DNA of 64,000 nt from Octopus sinensis (GCF_006345805.1 NC_043003.1:90520001-90584000); one strand, 5' to 3'. Counted from the stretch's first letter, positions 1 through 14,439 are shown. A program made the numbers and translations. The notes: generated by a model from the sequence alone, not told the origin.

Positions 1-464
1 AATCACCTTTGCTTTTCATCTATCTGGATTTGCTAAATCAAGAGGGAGAACTGGCAGAATTGTTAGCACATTGGACAAAACGCTTGGAAGCATTTCTTCC
101 AGGTCTTTACATTCAAAACTTTGTTGAGGTCAACTTTGTCTTTCATCCTTTCAGTATCAATAACATAAAGTACCAGTCAAATACTGGGTTGTTGGTAGTG
201 ATTAACCCACTCCTTTCAAAATTATTGGCCTTATGTCTAAATTAGAAACTATCATTAAGAGGTAAAACTGGCTGAGTTATTAGTGCATTGGAACAATGCT
301 CAATGGCATTTCTTTCACCTCTTTACATTTTGAGTACAAATTCCATGGAGGTCAATTTTGCCTTTCAACATTTCAGGGTTGATAAAATAAAATGCCAGTC
401 AAGTACTAGGGTTGATATAATTGACTAACTCCTGTCCTTAAAAAACAGTGGAAGGATGGACACA

Positions 465-702
465 GTCATATTTAGCTTTTTTGTTATCATATTTCTGTTG
501 AAATACACTGCCTTTGTTTCAATTAATTTCGAAAATAATGAGGAATTTAATAAAATAACTCTCAATGTTAAAGGGCTCATGTTTGAAACACAAACTTATA
601 CAAAGTTTTGATGAAAGGTTTTAATTCAGATCACTTTAAAACAGAAAGCTTCTATCATAGTTCCAGGGGCAGTTTCAGGTGATTTGATATATAAAGGGTT
701 AG
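465..702. mobile_element. AT-rich dispersed element, probably piggyBac-like; copies near 8030-8260, 12100-12290, 15236-15635, 28080-28212, 28960-29402, 35830-36050, 60780-60960
   Basis: Shared gaaatacactgcctttgtttcaattaatttt...tagatcactttaaaacag core; several copies end aaagggtta(a). Confidence 0.65.
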
Positions 703-1026
703 TAAAACTGCAATGGTTTAGAAACCATTGTAAGTTATCCAAAACCATAGTGAAGGATACAAATTTAATTTGACATCTCAATAAAAAAGAGAAAGGGGCA
801 CAGGTATTTCACTGGGATTATTAGTCAGTTTGAGAATCCTTAAGTAATGTGGTTGTAAGATTAATTATAAGATGAAGCTAAAGTAATTAAATAAAAAAAA
901 AAACCCAAAAAACTCGACAGTGTCAGTGACTGTTTCCTACATTTTAACTATTTCATTCTTTTTGACTTCCCTGCTCTATTTTATCATGTCCTCCTGTCCC
1001 TCAAAGTAAAAACAAACCAGGCTTAC

Positions 1027-1050
1027 ATCTTGTTTATAAGCTAAATTACA
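1027..1050 (-). CDS. Candidate 24-nt microexon (CNLAYKQD, phase 0)
   Basis: ctaattcttttcag|TGTAATTTAGCTTATAAACAAGAT|gtaagc; frame-preserving; only frame 0 open. Confidence 0.3.
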
Positions 1051-2811
1051 CTGAAAAGAATTAGTACTCAGGGATGCCAGAAGCTTAAAAAATAACTAGT
1101 TCAGTGGATGCACATGTACATAATATAGATATATATGCATTTTTAATTTATTGAAATTACATTCATAGTGAGAAGAACCACTCATTACCTAAATGAAAAC
1201 AAAGGGAGACAACAAAGAATTTATATAAAAGTTAATTAAAAATAGAATGTAGTGTGCTTGTATGTGAGTAGGAGGTGGGTAGCAGGTGGTCTTTGAACTT
1301 ATCACTAATTACTAAGAAAGAGCTGACAGATGGCCCCATTGTAATTTAGTTTCAGTTGATTTTTATTCAGTAAAAATTTATGTTTTGGTTCACTTAGTAT
1401 ATTATGTATGTTAGTGACCACTTCTACATATTCTCTTTGTATCAATTGATCTCCTCTCATGATTGCACAAACACACATTTGAAGTGGTGTCGACTTTCTA
1501 AGCTGAGTAGAGCAAAACTCTCTTAATGACTAAAAGATTAGAAGAAAAAAAGAATTCAGGTGACATGAAAAATGTTCAAGCAATGATATCTTTTATTTTT
1601 AATTTGTTTCAGTCATTAGACTGTGGCCATGCTGGGGCGAAGTTATGGGTATGTGAACACACCAGCACTGAGTGGTGATTGGGGGACAAACACAAACACA
1701 CATATATACGAGGAGCTTCTTTCAGTTTCCATCTACCAAATCTACTTTCAAGGCTATGGTTAGCCTGAGGTTATAGTAAAGGTCACCTGCCCAAGGTGCC
1801 ATGCAAGTTTCTTACCACACTGCCATGCCTATTATGAACAAAATTTTCACCTTTATATAGTAGTTTGATGCATTTACAAGTACCACCACCACCACCACTA
1901 CTACTACAATGTAAATATCACTGTATTGACTTGACTCTAAGATGTTACACACTGCTGGTCACAATGTGCCTCTCCACATTTTTAAATGATGCCACCCCAC
2001 AAGCTAGGTGGGAAGGCCAATATTCCCCCTTGGCTGGGGCAACAGTCCATGAAAGGGTTCTCCATTTACAGGTGAGAGGACAGGAGCAACATGAAGTGTC
2101 TTGCTCAAAAACACAACATGCTACTGGTCTGGAAATCAAAATCATGATCCAACATCTACGAGTGCAACACTCTTAGCCACCAGATCACATGCCTTCATAT
2201 AATGTAATACAACTCTTGTGCCATGTATGTGCTGCAAGTATTTTTGTGCAGCACAAGGCCAGCAAAGAGGGGGTAAGTCGATTATATCAACTCCAGTACT
2301 CAACTGGTACTTATTTTATCAACTTCTGAAAGGATGAAAGGTAAAGTCACTTAATTTTCTCATCCTGAAGAGAATGGACAGGCCTGTAGCTACTTTGGCA
2401 GGATGAAGGTCAAGGTTGGTCTCGACAAGGTTTGAATTTGGGACACAGATGTAATTAAATACCATAAGCATTTATTATTTTTTCCATCCAGATTCTGTAA
2501 AAGCTTTGTTGTTCTTAAATGATTTATGCAAAAATATCAAAAATTGACTCAAGTGTTTGAACTTTAATGACTAATTATTATCATCATTGCTCTCATTGTA
2601 AAAAGCTGACTTAGAGCTTGAGAATTGTGATTGATAGGTGAAGGGAGGAGAGTATAACTGGTATTTACAGTGGATTGTTACAAGTTAGTGCTTGGACATA
2701 ACAACCAGTCAGAGAAGGTACAGTTGATGGAGATAGTTGGTGCGATGGGGGAGGATAGATGAGGAAAATGTAAAAAGTAATTTAGTCCAGCAGGATGTGT
2801 GAAGACTGAAG

Positions 2812-2814
<3 letters not shown>

Positions 2815-2910
<96 letters not shown>

Positions 2911-2935
2911 GAGAGAGAGAGAGAGAAAGAGAGAG
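2815..2935. repeat. (GA)n microsatellite; another at 6399-6452; (TA)n at 7634-7668, 31027-31080, 50200-50254
   Basis: Direct reading of the sequence. Confidence 0.95.
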
Positions 2936-5900
2936 TTGAAAGTAATATGGAAAGTTCTGAGAAGCCATTGAGTAGTAAATAAAACTAGAGTGAAGTTATA
3001 TGGCTCCTCAGTGGATTACTGAATGAAAGAGGATATACAAGATATAATAATAATAATAATAATAATGATAAATAATTTCAAATTTTGGCACAAGGTCAGC
3101 AAGTTTGGGGGGTGGATTGGGTCGCTTATATCAACTCTTCTACTCAACAAGTACTTAATTTATCAATTCCTAAAAGGATGAAAGGCAAAGTCAACTTTGA
3201 CAAATGGTTTTAATTTAGATTACTTTAAAACAGGACATTTGTGTTAGAGACCCAGTTGGGTCACAGGCTGAATTGATATCAGAAGGGTTAAGACCTCAAG
3301 ATAAAATAGTAGAGTAGAAGAAACAATAAAACAGCAGACAATAATGCATTTTATCTTTCAAAGATTATATGTAGAATGTGTCAAATATTTTAGGATTTAA
3401 ACCAAGCCCCTTTTATCTCTTCGGGATAAAAAACAGGGATGTAATTAACTACCATAAGGTATTTGTTGTTACTGCTTAGTTCTAGGTCAGTGAGATTGAG
3501 TTGTATGACTAAATGTATTCCAGCTGTCTTTTACTAATGGTCAGGGAACTAAGGACCACACTATCCAATGTGTCCCTTTCTTTAAAACAACAGAATGTGA
3601 TCTGAAGAAGATTTGGCTGCTATTTCAACAAGGTGAAGAACCACATAGTGGAGTGATTTCAACTTTTTTTAAGTTCACAACACACTGGATAAGTTGCTAA
3701 AAATGTTTATGACACACTATTAACTATATATATGAAATCCTATATTAAAATTGTTATATATATCTATATATAACATTGTTATGTAATAATAGGCTCAACA
3801 GAAGGAAATATTTTGCTGTTATTTTATCACTGTCAGAAATGGACTCAAGTACTATTTGAACCCATGATCAAGAAAATGAGCTTAAATACAGTAAAGTGTG
3901 TTTTTTTTTTAGTCTATTATCTACTATTTCTTCTGGCTCAGTGTTTTAACTTAGAAATTATTTGCTTTCAAAAAGTTGAAAGGCAAAGCTGGCAGTGACA
4001 GAACCAAGAAGAACTAGGCTAAATACTTTAAGACACTACAATATTTCTAAATCTGCAAAAGATGGTATTCATTAAAGAACAGAAATGTTAAGATCTTTGA
4101 TAGAATCCATGTTTTTAATTAGTGAGCTTCTTGTTCTAGAGACTAAAGACAGCAAAACCAAAAAGAGAGAGAAGGGTGGGGTGAAAAATGGAGAGAGGAA
4201 GAGAAAATTCTTCATCAGTTAAAATCTCTTTTATGCTAGAACATGACCAAAAATGATAAAATCTGAAGAATATGAAGACTAATAACAAAGTTGCAATTCA
4301 GTTTCTTTTTTTTTAATTAAAAATTAAAAAAAAAATTAAAATTTCAACTTAAAACTGAATTATTTAAGAGAGAATATACTGAGAGAAGATAATGTAAAAT
4401 TTCATTGTGTACATGTAACTGAATATATTTGTGTTAATATACATATAGTCTATGTTTATGCATGTGTGTATATATATATACACACAGAAACACATGCAAG
4501 CTTTTATGATATCAAATTTCATTACGATAGAAAACTTAGAAATTAAATTATGTGTAAACACACGTTCGCAATTTTGGATACAAATATTTTTTGTACTTGA
4601 CTCTGGAAGTGAAGAACTTTAGAAAACCATTTGGTTCTTGGACATTCAAACTATTACATTCTCTGATCAATTTGGCATTTCTCAGCAAAGGATATAGATT
4701 TACTTTTGAGCACATTTTTTTAAACATCCATTTATTTTTACCTTAGGGAGCAAGAAGATTTTCAAAAAGTATTGATTAAAGGATTTTATACAAATATATT
4801 AAGGAAATTATAAATAGGAAGGTCAAAGATGATTGTAATGACCTTTTTATATACTTTTTTATCTTTTAGTCAGGAAGCAATCCCCATAACCTGTTAAAGA
4901 GCTCCTGAGATTGAGGAGAGGGAGGAAGGAAGGTATCTGTAAACTGGAAACTTGGCCCAAATAGTTGCAACAGTACTGACTCCACTAAAGGCACCTAAAA
5001 TCGTCAGATGATAGTGTTAAACTGGGTGATGGGTTAAGTATATCACCAAGTAGACTATAGTGGGATTTGAACTCAAAATGCAAAGAGCTGGAATAAAAAC
5101 TGCAAGGCACCTGGTCCAACATTCTTACAATTCTGCTAATGCACTGTCTCAGACTGGTACTTTTTTTGTTATTTATTGACACAGAGAAGGATTAAAGGCA
5201 AAGTTGACTTTAGTAGGATTTGAACTACTGATCCCAGAGGAATGAAAAATATAATTAGTTCCATCAAGACTTAAATTTCAGAACTGAAAGGGATAAACCT
5301 AAATACAATAATATGTTTCATTCAGTAACTGTCTAGTTCAGTTCATTTGCATCTTTCTTGATTGATTAATAGAAAATAATAAAGAAATGGTCAAAATGAT
5401 CAAGGTGAAGTAATATTCAATATATGGTTATTAGAGTGGGAGTGGGTGAAGAAATGAGGAAATATTTTATATGAGGTGGAAGTTGGGTGAAGACTGCATC
5501 TGTAAAGGGAAGTTTAATATATCTTTTACTTGTTTCAGTCATTGAACCGTGGCCATACAATATATTCAAGAGTTATAAAAATGATTGTTTTCTAAATCAA
5601 AACTCCAACAAAAAATATTTTCTTTGCATAAACACTTTTTCCAGATAAAAGAAAATAGAAATAGACTAAAAATCAGTTTAATAGTTGGGAAGGGGGTAAA
5701 ACATACTTCTGAACCAGGAAAGAAAAAAAGGGTAAAAATCAGCCCTAGCTGGATTTGAAAATGAAAATATGAACAAACCAATTAAATTTGACATTGTACA
5801 ACATCTAATCAGCCCCTCTTTACTATCTGCACAAAATACTGCCAAAGAATTTCAAGGAAGTGGGAACAAGATCCTGTGACATACATACATTTCTCAAGAA

Positions 5901-6395
5901 TTTTGGGATTTAAGTAAAGAGAAATTATTCAAATCATGATCAAAGACTCGATGGTTACCCAGCCATAATAATGGTTTCTATCTAACATTGGTGCAAGGCC
6001 ACATATTTGGTGTTTGGGAGTCAGTGTGTATAGAGAGGTATCAATACAAATTCAATATATAACTGGTACTTTTTACTTTTAATCAGTTTTGGATGGCTGA
6101 AGGGATTAAACTGCCTCAAGAAGTATTCGAACTTAGAACCAGAGAGGAACAAAATCAGATACTGTTACGTATTTAACCAACTTCACTACTGTTCCTGATG
6201 TTCTACCACTTCTAAAAATATTAGTAACTTTACGCTAGAATAAATAAATAAAAACTTTCAAGGTAAAAGATTCTGCAAATGTTGGTAGTGATAAGAAGGA
6301 AACTATGGAAAGAGACAGTGTATAACCATCAACGTGATAAGATAATATTTCTATAGCATTGAGGTATGTTATTCTACACCTGGTTAAGAAGACTG

Positions 6396-6453
<58 letters not shown>

Positions 6454-7630
6454 TAATTAAATAATTAGCTAGATAATATTGATTAAAAACAGGAAAAGAT
6501 AGTGGATAGTATTCTAGTGGAAAAGGAAATTGCTAAAAGAGAACCAGAAGTCTTTCTATTGTTGTTATAGCCCTGATATAATTAGTAAGGATTAATGCTG
6601 GATTAAAACTGAAAGAAGACACTGAATATCACTGGGGTTGGTTTCAAATTATTCAAAATTGGAATAAATCTAAATAAAGTAAAAATTTAAAAGATCAACA
6701 AAACAAAATAAAAATAGAACAAAAAAAGAAAATTAGAAAAAAAAATCAGTCTTCTTATAAAAGGAATATTATCTAATCATATTGATGACATAAGTTAGAT
6801 AAGAGAATTTGAACTTGTAGAGGTATATATAAAAGATACAAAATACAGGTAAAACATATCTTTGATTGATAAATTTTTACTATTACACCTGTCTCATGAG
6901 ATGGGTATAATAGTAAAAGTTTATTTGTTAACTTAATAGAAAACACACTTCATACAAAATAATCAGAAATTTTACAAGCTAACAAATTTATCAAAAGGGT
7001 TAAAAGAGGAATGTGGTGGCACATTTTGATAAATGTTTAACTGAAGAAGTATACATGTTTATACATGTATATATTATTTAATTTAAGTTTTGTAACTGAA
7101 GACAGACAATATATGTTTATATATAAATACATTGAAGCCTTATAATTGAAGTTTTATAACTGAAGACAAAGGCTATGTATATTTACAGATGCATATTATT
7201 TAATATGTTTTGTAAATGAAAACAAATGAAAGAAATAATCATGCCATTTTTTTTTGTCAAACATATGAATAACAAAACACCTAATTAAATAAATGTTATG
7301 GTTTGATAAAATTAATTAATTCAGCTGAAGAGTGGGAAAGACTGACAACTTAATAAAAAAACAATAACAAAAGAAAAAGAAATATTTTATAAAAAAAAAT
7401 GATAATAAATAAAATAATTTTTTACCGGAGAATGTTTATATATATACTCCATGGTTTTAGCAAGAGGTGAGCCCAATTAGGAAGGAAATAAATTAGTCCT
7501 CACTTCAGGTGATGCCAGTAGTAGGACTAAATCTGAGTATGTCACTCAAGTCACAGCAGCAATAGAACAGAGTATTTTTTTTATTAAACAGCTGACTATA
7601 TTGGGGGATGGGTGAGAGGAGAAGAACTGT

Positions 7631-7672
<42 letters not shown>

Positions 7673-9843
7673 CTCTACTTTCAGCAGCAAATAAACGGTA
7701 GAAAGCCAACCTCTCTCTTTCTCTCTCACACACTCACTCTCCCTATTTCTTTTTCCTCACCCCTTACACTCCACCAAACCACAATGTCTCTCTGTCTCCT
7801 TCACTTACATATTAATAGTATTTTTTTGAGTTCAGGAAACAGCAGAAAATAATTAAGAAAAATAAAAACAAACATATAAACAAACAAAAATAACAATGGG
7901 GACAAATTCTAGCCAAACCCATTTACATAAGTATTTTGTTTATGTTTTATTTCAGACTATTTTCAAAATTATTCCAGTTAAGATATATGAACAAAATACT
8001 TTTCCTTTCTAATGAATCAAGTCTCTGTATTAACACTTTTCATACCAACCTACTCAAGAATGCTCCTAGTTCTGTGACACAAACTTCCTGTTTTAACATA
8101 ATCTGAATTAAAACTTTTTTATCAGAACTTTATGTTAATTTCTGTTCCAAACAGCAGCTTAATAATAACAGTTATTTTACTAAATGCTTCAATATTTTCA
8201 GAATTAATAATAAAAAAAAAGGTAGTTTATTTCAATAGAAACATGGTAACTAGAGGGTTGTATGAAATGGTAGTATCATATACAATTTCAGCCTTTAACA
8301 TGTAATGTTCTGTCTGTTTATGAGTCAACAATTACTTTCATTTTCCTCATTGCAAGTAATTATTGAAAAGCAGGTATACAAAGGTAGTGTTGGTAGTACC
8401 AGAAAAGGGGTGCAGTGAAGGGTTTGGTTCATAGACATGAGTTTATGTCCTTTGAAGGGTAAAAGAGATCAAATATCAGAGACCCCATCACCACCCTTTC
8501 TTCACTAGTTCTTGGGAAGGAAACAACTGAGTATAGTAGCATGCATGTATTTACTTAGTAAGCAAGCCAGCCAAACAACGAATTGTTGCTTGCAGTCAAC
8601 CAGCAGGTGAACACAAGAGGAAACAGATTCTTATGAAAAATAGAAAAAAAGCCTACATCAGCTAAGAAATGAATATCTCATATATAATAAGCAAAGAACT
8701 AAACAAAAATTCTATATCACAAATAGGCATTTTTTTTTTATTAACAAAAATATCTAAATTAATAATGTTCTGAATAAACTAAAAGATTTTAAATAATTAT
8801 TGACCCACAAAAAGTTCTTTAGTCATAACAAAATAAATGAATTAAACAAACATGTAATAACTATACACATACACACACACAGCCAGTGTCCTGCAAGTGG
8901 AATTTGGTAGAAGGAAATTGTAGAAGCCTATTGTGTGTGTGTGTGTGCATGCGTGCGTGCACACACACACACACATATACTTTGATCTTAGCCAAATATA
9001 TCTTTTATCTTGTTTCAGTTAATTAGGCTGTGGCCATGCTCAGGCTCTCCTTTGAAGACTTGTTTTAGTTGAACAAACCATCCTTAGTACTTATTTATTT
9101 TTGAAGGCTGGTACTTATTCTATTGGTTCCTTTTGCTGAACTACTAAGTTATGTGAATGTTAACACACCAACACTGGTTGTCAAACATTGGTATGGGACA
9201 AACACAGACACATGATGGGCTTCTTTCAGTTTCCGCTTACAAAATCCACTCACAAGTCTTTGCTTGGTCTGCGGCTAGAGTAGAGGATGCAGTGAGACTG
9301 AACATAGAACCATATGGCGGGGAAGCAAACTTTTTACCACACAGCCATGCCAGCGTTTGTGTGTGTGCATGAATACACACACACACTGCCGGTCTTTTCC
9401 TTAACGGTATGTCCTTGATTCTTGAGAATCTCTCTTATATGGAGATGGTGTTGCCATTGTAATTCTGATATACAGTCCAGAGGCAGAGATAATTTTAATA
9501 AATCAGGAATTTATGTTGTGTTTGATATACCTGTATTTCTCTTTGTTTTACACACACACACACACACAATCATCATCACCATCAGTTAATTTCCACTTTT
9601 CATCTTGGCATGAGTTGGAGGACCATGTCATGCTCCAATGTTTTAGAATTAACCTGTGGCATGTATTTGGACAACAAAGATTCTTAATTTATGGAAACTA
9701 GCCTCACCTCAAGAAAGAAAATAAACAAACACCTAACAGCAATTGCAGCCTCTTTTGAATGAAAAAGGGAGATAATCTTATAGAATCAATAATTCTCCAA
9801 AATGAACATATCATTAAGGAAAAGTTGTTTTTTTTTCTTTTTC

Positions 9844-9985
9844 CTGGAGACAAGAGGACAGCTGTGTCCGTGTTTCTGCCCCAAAAGGCATCATCAGTCC
9901 AGTAATTGTCCTAGGACAGCTGTATCCATGTGTTTATGCTGCAGTAGGCATCATCAGCCCAACAATTGTCCTACCTTGACTCCAG
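9844..9985 (-). ncRNA. Tandem dimer (60-nt period) of degenerate hammerhead motifs, same family as 38573-38656
   Basis: Two CTGATGA cores (+ strand tcatcag at 9891 and 9951), each followed by a TGC(C)...(G)GCA helix II and GAAAC or TAAAC. Cleavage triplets are mutated (GAC, GGA). Outer arms match the 38573 copy. Confidence 0.55.
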
Positions 9986-10748
9986 CTGGACATAAGATTT
10001 AACATGTGTCCACCAATTTTTGCACTTATGTTAGTATCACACAAGGTCTCATCAATTAGTACTTTGACAAATAGGATTAGTTAAAATAAGTATCAAACCA
10101 AGATAAGTACTAGAGTTGATATGATAGACTAAAACACTCAACAGTGGTACCCCAGTATGGTACACTTGTCAAGCAAGCACTGATAAAGTAGATCTATGAT
10201 CAAAGACACCTTCAACTGAGACCATCCTGTCTTGTTTTCAGCCACAGTGTATCAAGAATTACATTATTTCGATGTTCTTTTTCATTCTAAGAATGTAAGC
10301 AACATGATCTGGGAGGAGATTTGGCTGCTATTTCTAGCAGGTCGTTGATACAGTTAAAAAGGGTGATGGAACAGTAGCAACAACAACAGTGTCAGACTAA
10401 ATGGCTTGTGGTATTTTGCTTCTAAGACTTGGGTTTTAATACTGTCAGGAAAAGGAATGTGGGTTGGGTGGGTGGGGGTGAAATCTATGTTTCATCTCCC
10501 AAGGGTCGAGGGGTTTGGGGTGGATGGGGCAATAAAATAAGTGCCAGTTATATTGGAGGGATAGGTGGTATAATTGAATGTACCGCTTTCCCTTCAACTT
10601 GGTGCCAATTGTATATAAAAAATAAAAATAAATAATCTGAATGTGGAGCTGGAACTGTTGCAAGTTAGCATATTGCAAGAAAATATGGTGAAGAAGGGAG
10701 AGAAGAGGAAAACAGAGTGTATGGGTAGGTGAGAGACATAGAGATGGA

Positions 10749-10930
10749 GGTGATGAGAAGCCAAAAGAGAAGGATGTAATTTATAAGTCCATATGAGTGA
10801 GGTAGGAACAATAAAAGAGAGAGAGAGAGAGTGTGTGTGTGAAAGAGAATGAGAGAGAGAGGAAACACAGTGGTGATGAGAAGCAAAAAGAGAGAAGGTT
10901 GTAAAGTATAACAGTCCATAGGAGTGAGGA
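10749..10930. repeat. Diverged direct duplication (about 60-bp units, 123 bp apart)
   Basis: ggtgatgagaagc.aaaagagaagg.tgtaa..tata..gtccata.gagtgagg occurs at 10749 and 10872. Confidence 0.7.
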
Positions 10931-13900
10931 GGGGAAGAAATAAGAAGAAAGTTCTGAACAGAGCAGTGTGTATAATAACAGTGACATGTAGTCAAAGAAT
11001 GGTAATGGGACCAAGATAAAAGATTTGAACTAATAACATTTCAGGGTATACTCTTTTGCCAATTTCAGTCATTGGACTGTAGCCATGCTGGGGCAGCAAC
11101 TTTTAAGTTGATGACCATAATGAGACCCCTAGGACATATTTCAGACTGACAATTACATAATCTTTCTCAAACTCAAGAGGGAAAGTTCAGGTTGTAGAAA
11201 CAAGAAATGAAAATAAATCAAAAATGATACTGTCATTGAATTCTTAGATGGGCTTCTTTCAGTTTCCAAATCCATTCACAAGGTTTTTGGTTAGCTCAGG
11301 ACTACAGTAGAAAACATTTGCCTAAGGTGTGACATCTTGGGCAAGTTTCTTCTGTAGCTTTAGGCCAATCAAAGCCTAGTGAGTGAATTTGGTAGACAAA
11401 AACTGAAAGAAGCCCATTATATCTGTCTGTCTAACATTATTTTTATGATGTAATCAGTTTACTCATCAGTAAAAAATGCATCTGAAACAGCTGTAGTGAA
11501 CCAAAACCTATTTACGTTCTTTCTTCCACATACATATAAACATATGTCTCCAAGGTTTGTGTCATTGTTTTTTTTTAAAGATATTTCAATTTAAGAAAAT
11601 GTTTCTTTAACTTTTATGACAGTATCAAGAATATTTTCTAAAAACATTTAATTTACATTTGTCTGTATCTGTGTGTGTGCATGTTTGTGTCTTCTTATCT
11701 TGATATAGTGCAACAGTTGTAAATGAGTGTCACTGTCATACATGTCATACCCTTTGTTTCCATATCCTGATATGTAGCTTGGAAACAGGCAAGGGTTGGT
11801 GACAGGAAGAGCATGCAATCATAGAAAATCTCATCACCAACATTCAATGTCTTCTTTCGATGCTGGCATGGGCTGGAGTTTGATAGGAACTGGTTAGGCA
11901 GGAGACTGTGCTATGCTTTGCTGTCTGTTTTGGTGGGGCTTATACGGCTGGATGCCCTTCCCAACACCAACCACTCCACAGAGAGGACTGAATGCTTTTT
12001 ACGTGGCACCAGTGCTGACAGGGTCACTAAATAATTTGCAAGACAAAGATCCTTTGAGAGGGGATGTGGCATTGGAGGTTTTAATCCTTTTAATATAAAC
12101 CTGCCTGGGACTACCCTTGGTTGTATGATACAAACTTCCAATTGTAAAGTGATCTAAATTAAAATCTTCTGTCAAAATTTCATTTCAATAATGCTCCAAA
12201 CACTTAGCTTAAAATTATTTTACTAAATTCTGCATCATTTACAAAATTAATTGAAATAAAAGCACCGTATTTCAACAGAAATATTATAACACACACACAT
12301 ATATATGAAAGGCTTCTTTCAATTTCCATCCACCAAATGCACTCACAAAGCTTTAGTTGGTCTGGAGATATAATAGAAGATACCACAAAATGGGGATGGA
12401 CCCAGAACCATGTGGTCCATGGTGCCACACAGTGAGAATGGACCCAGAGTCATGTGGTTGAGAAGCAAACTTCCTACTATGCATTGTGTGTTCATATCTA
12501 ACAATGGCATTTCATTGTATTTTTAGACAGAAGTACTTTCTTCTGTGTTGCCTCATATCACCCAGTTGTTGGAAATAGATATCAGTTATTTGGAAATGTT
12601 TCCTGTGATATATGGTAGCACCTTATCTTGACACAAATTTATTATCTTATCTTTTCCACAACCATGGAACTACAGCCAAGAATGGCCTCTTGGGGGATTC
12701 TAGCAGATTTGGAGACATATCTACATTTACGCAATGGTTTCATGAAGCAAATGATTTAGTTTCATCATCATCATTTAACACCCATTTTTCATGCTTGCAT
12801 GGGTCAGATTGAATTTGCTGAGGCAGATTTTCTATGGCAGGATGCCCTTCTTGTAGTAAACCCTCACCTGTTTCCATGGCCAGACATGTAAGTACTCATT
12901 TATAACCATCACATGATATCAAGACAAGAGCATGCACAAACATGCACAGGTACATGCACACACACACACACACATGGCAGGTTTCTTTCAGTTTCTATCA
13001 ACCAAATCCACTCACAAGGCTCTGGTTGGTCTGAGCTATAGTAGAAGACACTTTCTCAACGTGATATGCAATGGAACTATGCCTGCACCTATGTTTGAGA
13101 AAAATGAAAAAAGAGCAGACTGGACTGATTTGTCTCAGTTGAATGTAAAACTGGAACTAAAGCAGATGGTGAAAATATTGTTGTTGGCAGCAAATAATAA
13201 AGAAACATGATTGGTTGAATTTGGAGGCATGATGATGATGATGATGATTTGGGATGGAACCAGAAGATGTGGGAGATGTTGGGGGAAAAAGGCAAAATTT
13301 TGGTTAAGTATTGAATGAAAGCATCTCTTGTGTTCTTGACTAGTCAGTGATTTTGATAGCTTGATACCAACATAAAACAATTTTGATTGGTTGATACTGA
13401 TTTCAAGCAATTTTCATTGGCTGATAACAATGCAAAATAATTTTCAGTTTCGTTTTGTTTTTTCCTCACAAAGACAACACATCTTGACCCAGCTGTATTA
13501 CAAGCATACATTTTTATCTTTCTCCACCTCAATATATTAATAATCGTAATAATAATGATAATAATAATAATAATTTATGTGGCCAACCCTCACCTATTTC
13601 CATCCTTATATGGTTAATCTCACCTATTTCCAAGCAAGGTAGTAATTCTCCATGAGCAAGCCATGTTTTTGAAGAATATTGGAAATGAATGACATTACTT
13701 GTATGGCAGTGACATTTATTACAAGTAAGAGGCACCCCTCTCCACACACACACATATCCAATAAGCCAGGGGACAACACCAAGCTCCATTATCTGCTTTG
13801 GCATCATTTCTAGGGCAGGATGCCCTTCCTGATGCCAGCCACCTTACAGAATGTACAGGCATGAGTGAGGTTACCAAATAAGTTGCAAGGCAAAGAAAAA

Positions 13901-14439
13901 GATCTACCCCACCACCTCAACTGAGTAGGGTTGTAATAAAAGGGAGGTAGCTCAATACCAGGTATTGAGTGGTTAAAGTATGACAAAAAGACAGGCACTC
14001 TATATAATGCTACCATGCATTATATAGAGATGGGTGGGAATAGCTGGGAAGAGAGATAAGATGGGTGATGAGGTATCAAAGCATACTGTCAATGTAGAAG
14101 GTAAGTACAAGAGAGAATATGGACTGAGGATGGGGAGGTGTGGGTGGACACATTTACAGAAGTGTGAGAGGAGAGTAATATATATATGGAGAAGAGTACA
14201 TATAATGTCTTCTAGCTTAAAGACTGTAGCCATGCAAGGGTATAACAGAATTCTTCAAGTTTCTGTCTATGAAATCCACTCACAAGGCTTTGGTAAGCCC
14301 AGAGCTATAGTAGAGGGCACTTGCCAGATGGGACTGAACCCAGAAACCACATGGTTGAGAACTAAGTTCCTTAACTACATGGCCATGTTTGCACCTATGG
14401 CTATACATAAACGCTAAATGTTTTTTATCAATAGCTGCA

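Noticed and set aside
12500-12760. Possible Tc1/mariner catalytic-domain remnant (QD-GAT / FQQ-like)
   Set aside because: Too degenerate; motifs require frameshifts and could not be anchored.
13089-13440. Minus-strand PTSPTSSGSIPNHHHHHH reading and three CCAAT-like motifs
   Set aside because: In-frame stop just upstream with no acceptor; the His run is a (GAT)n microsatellite; CCAAT clustering alone is not promoter evidence.
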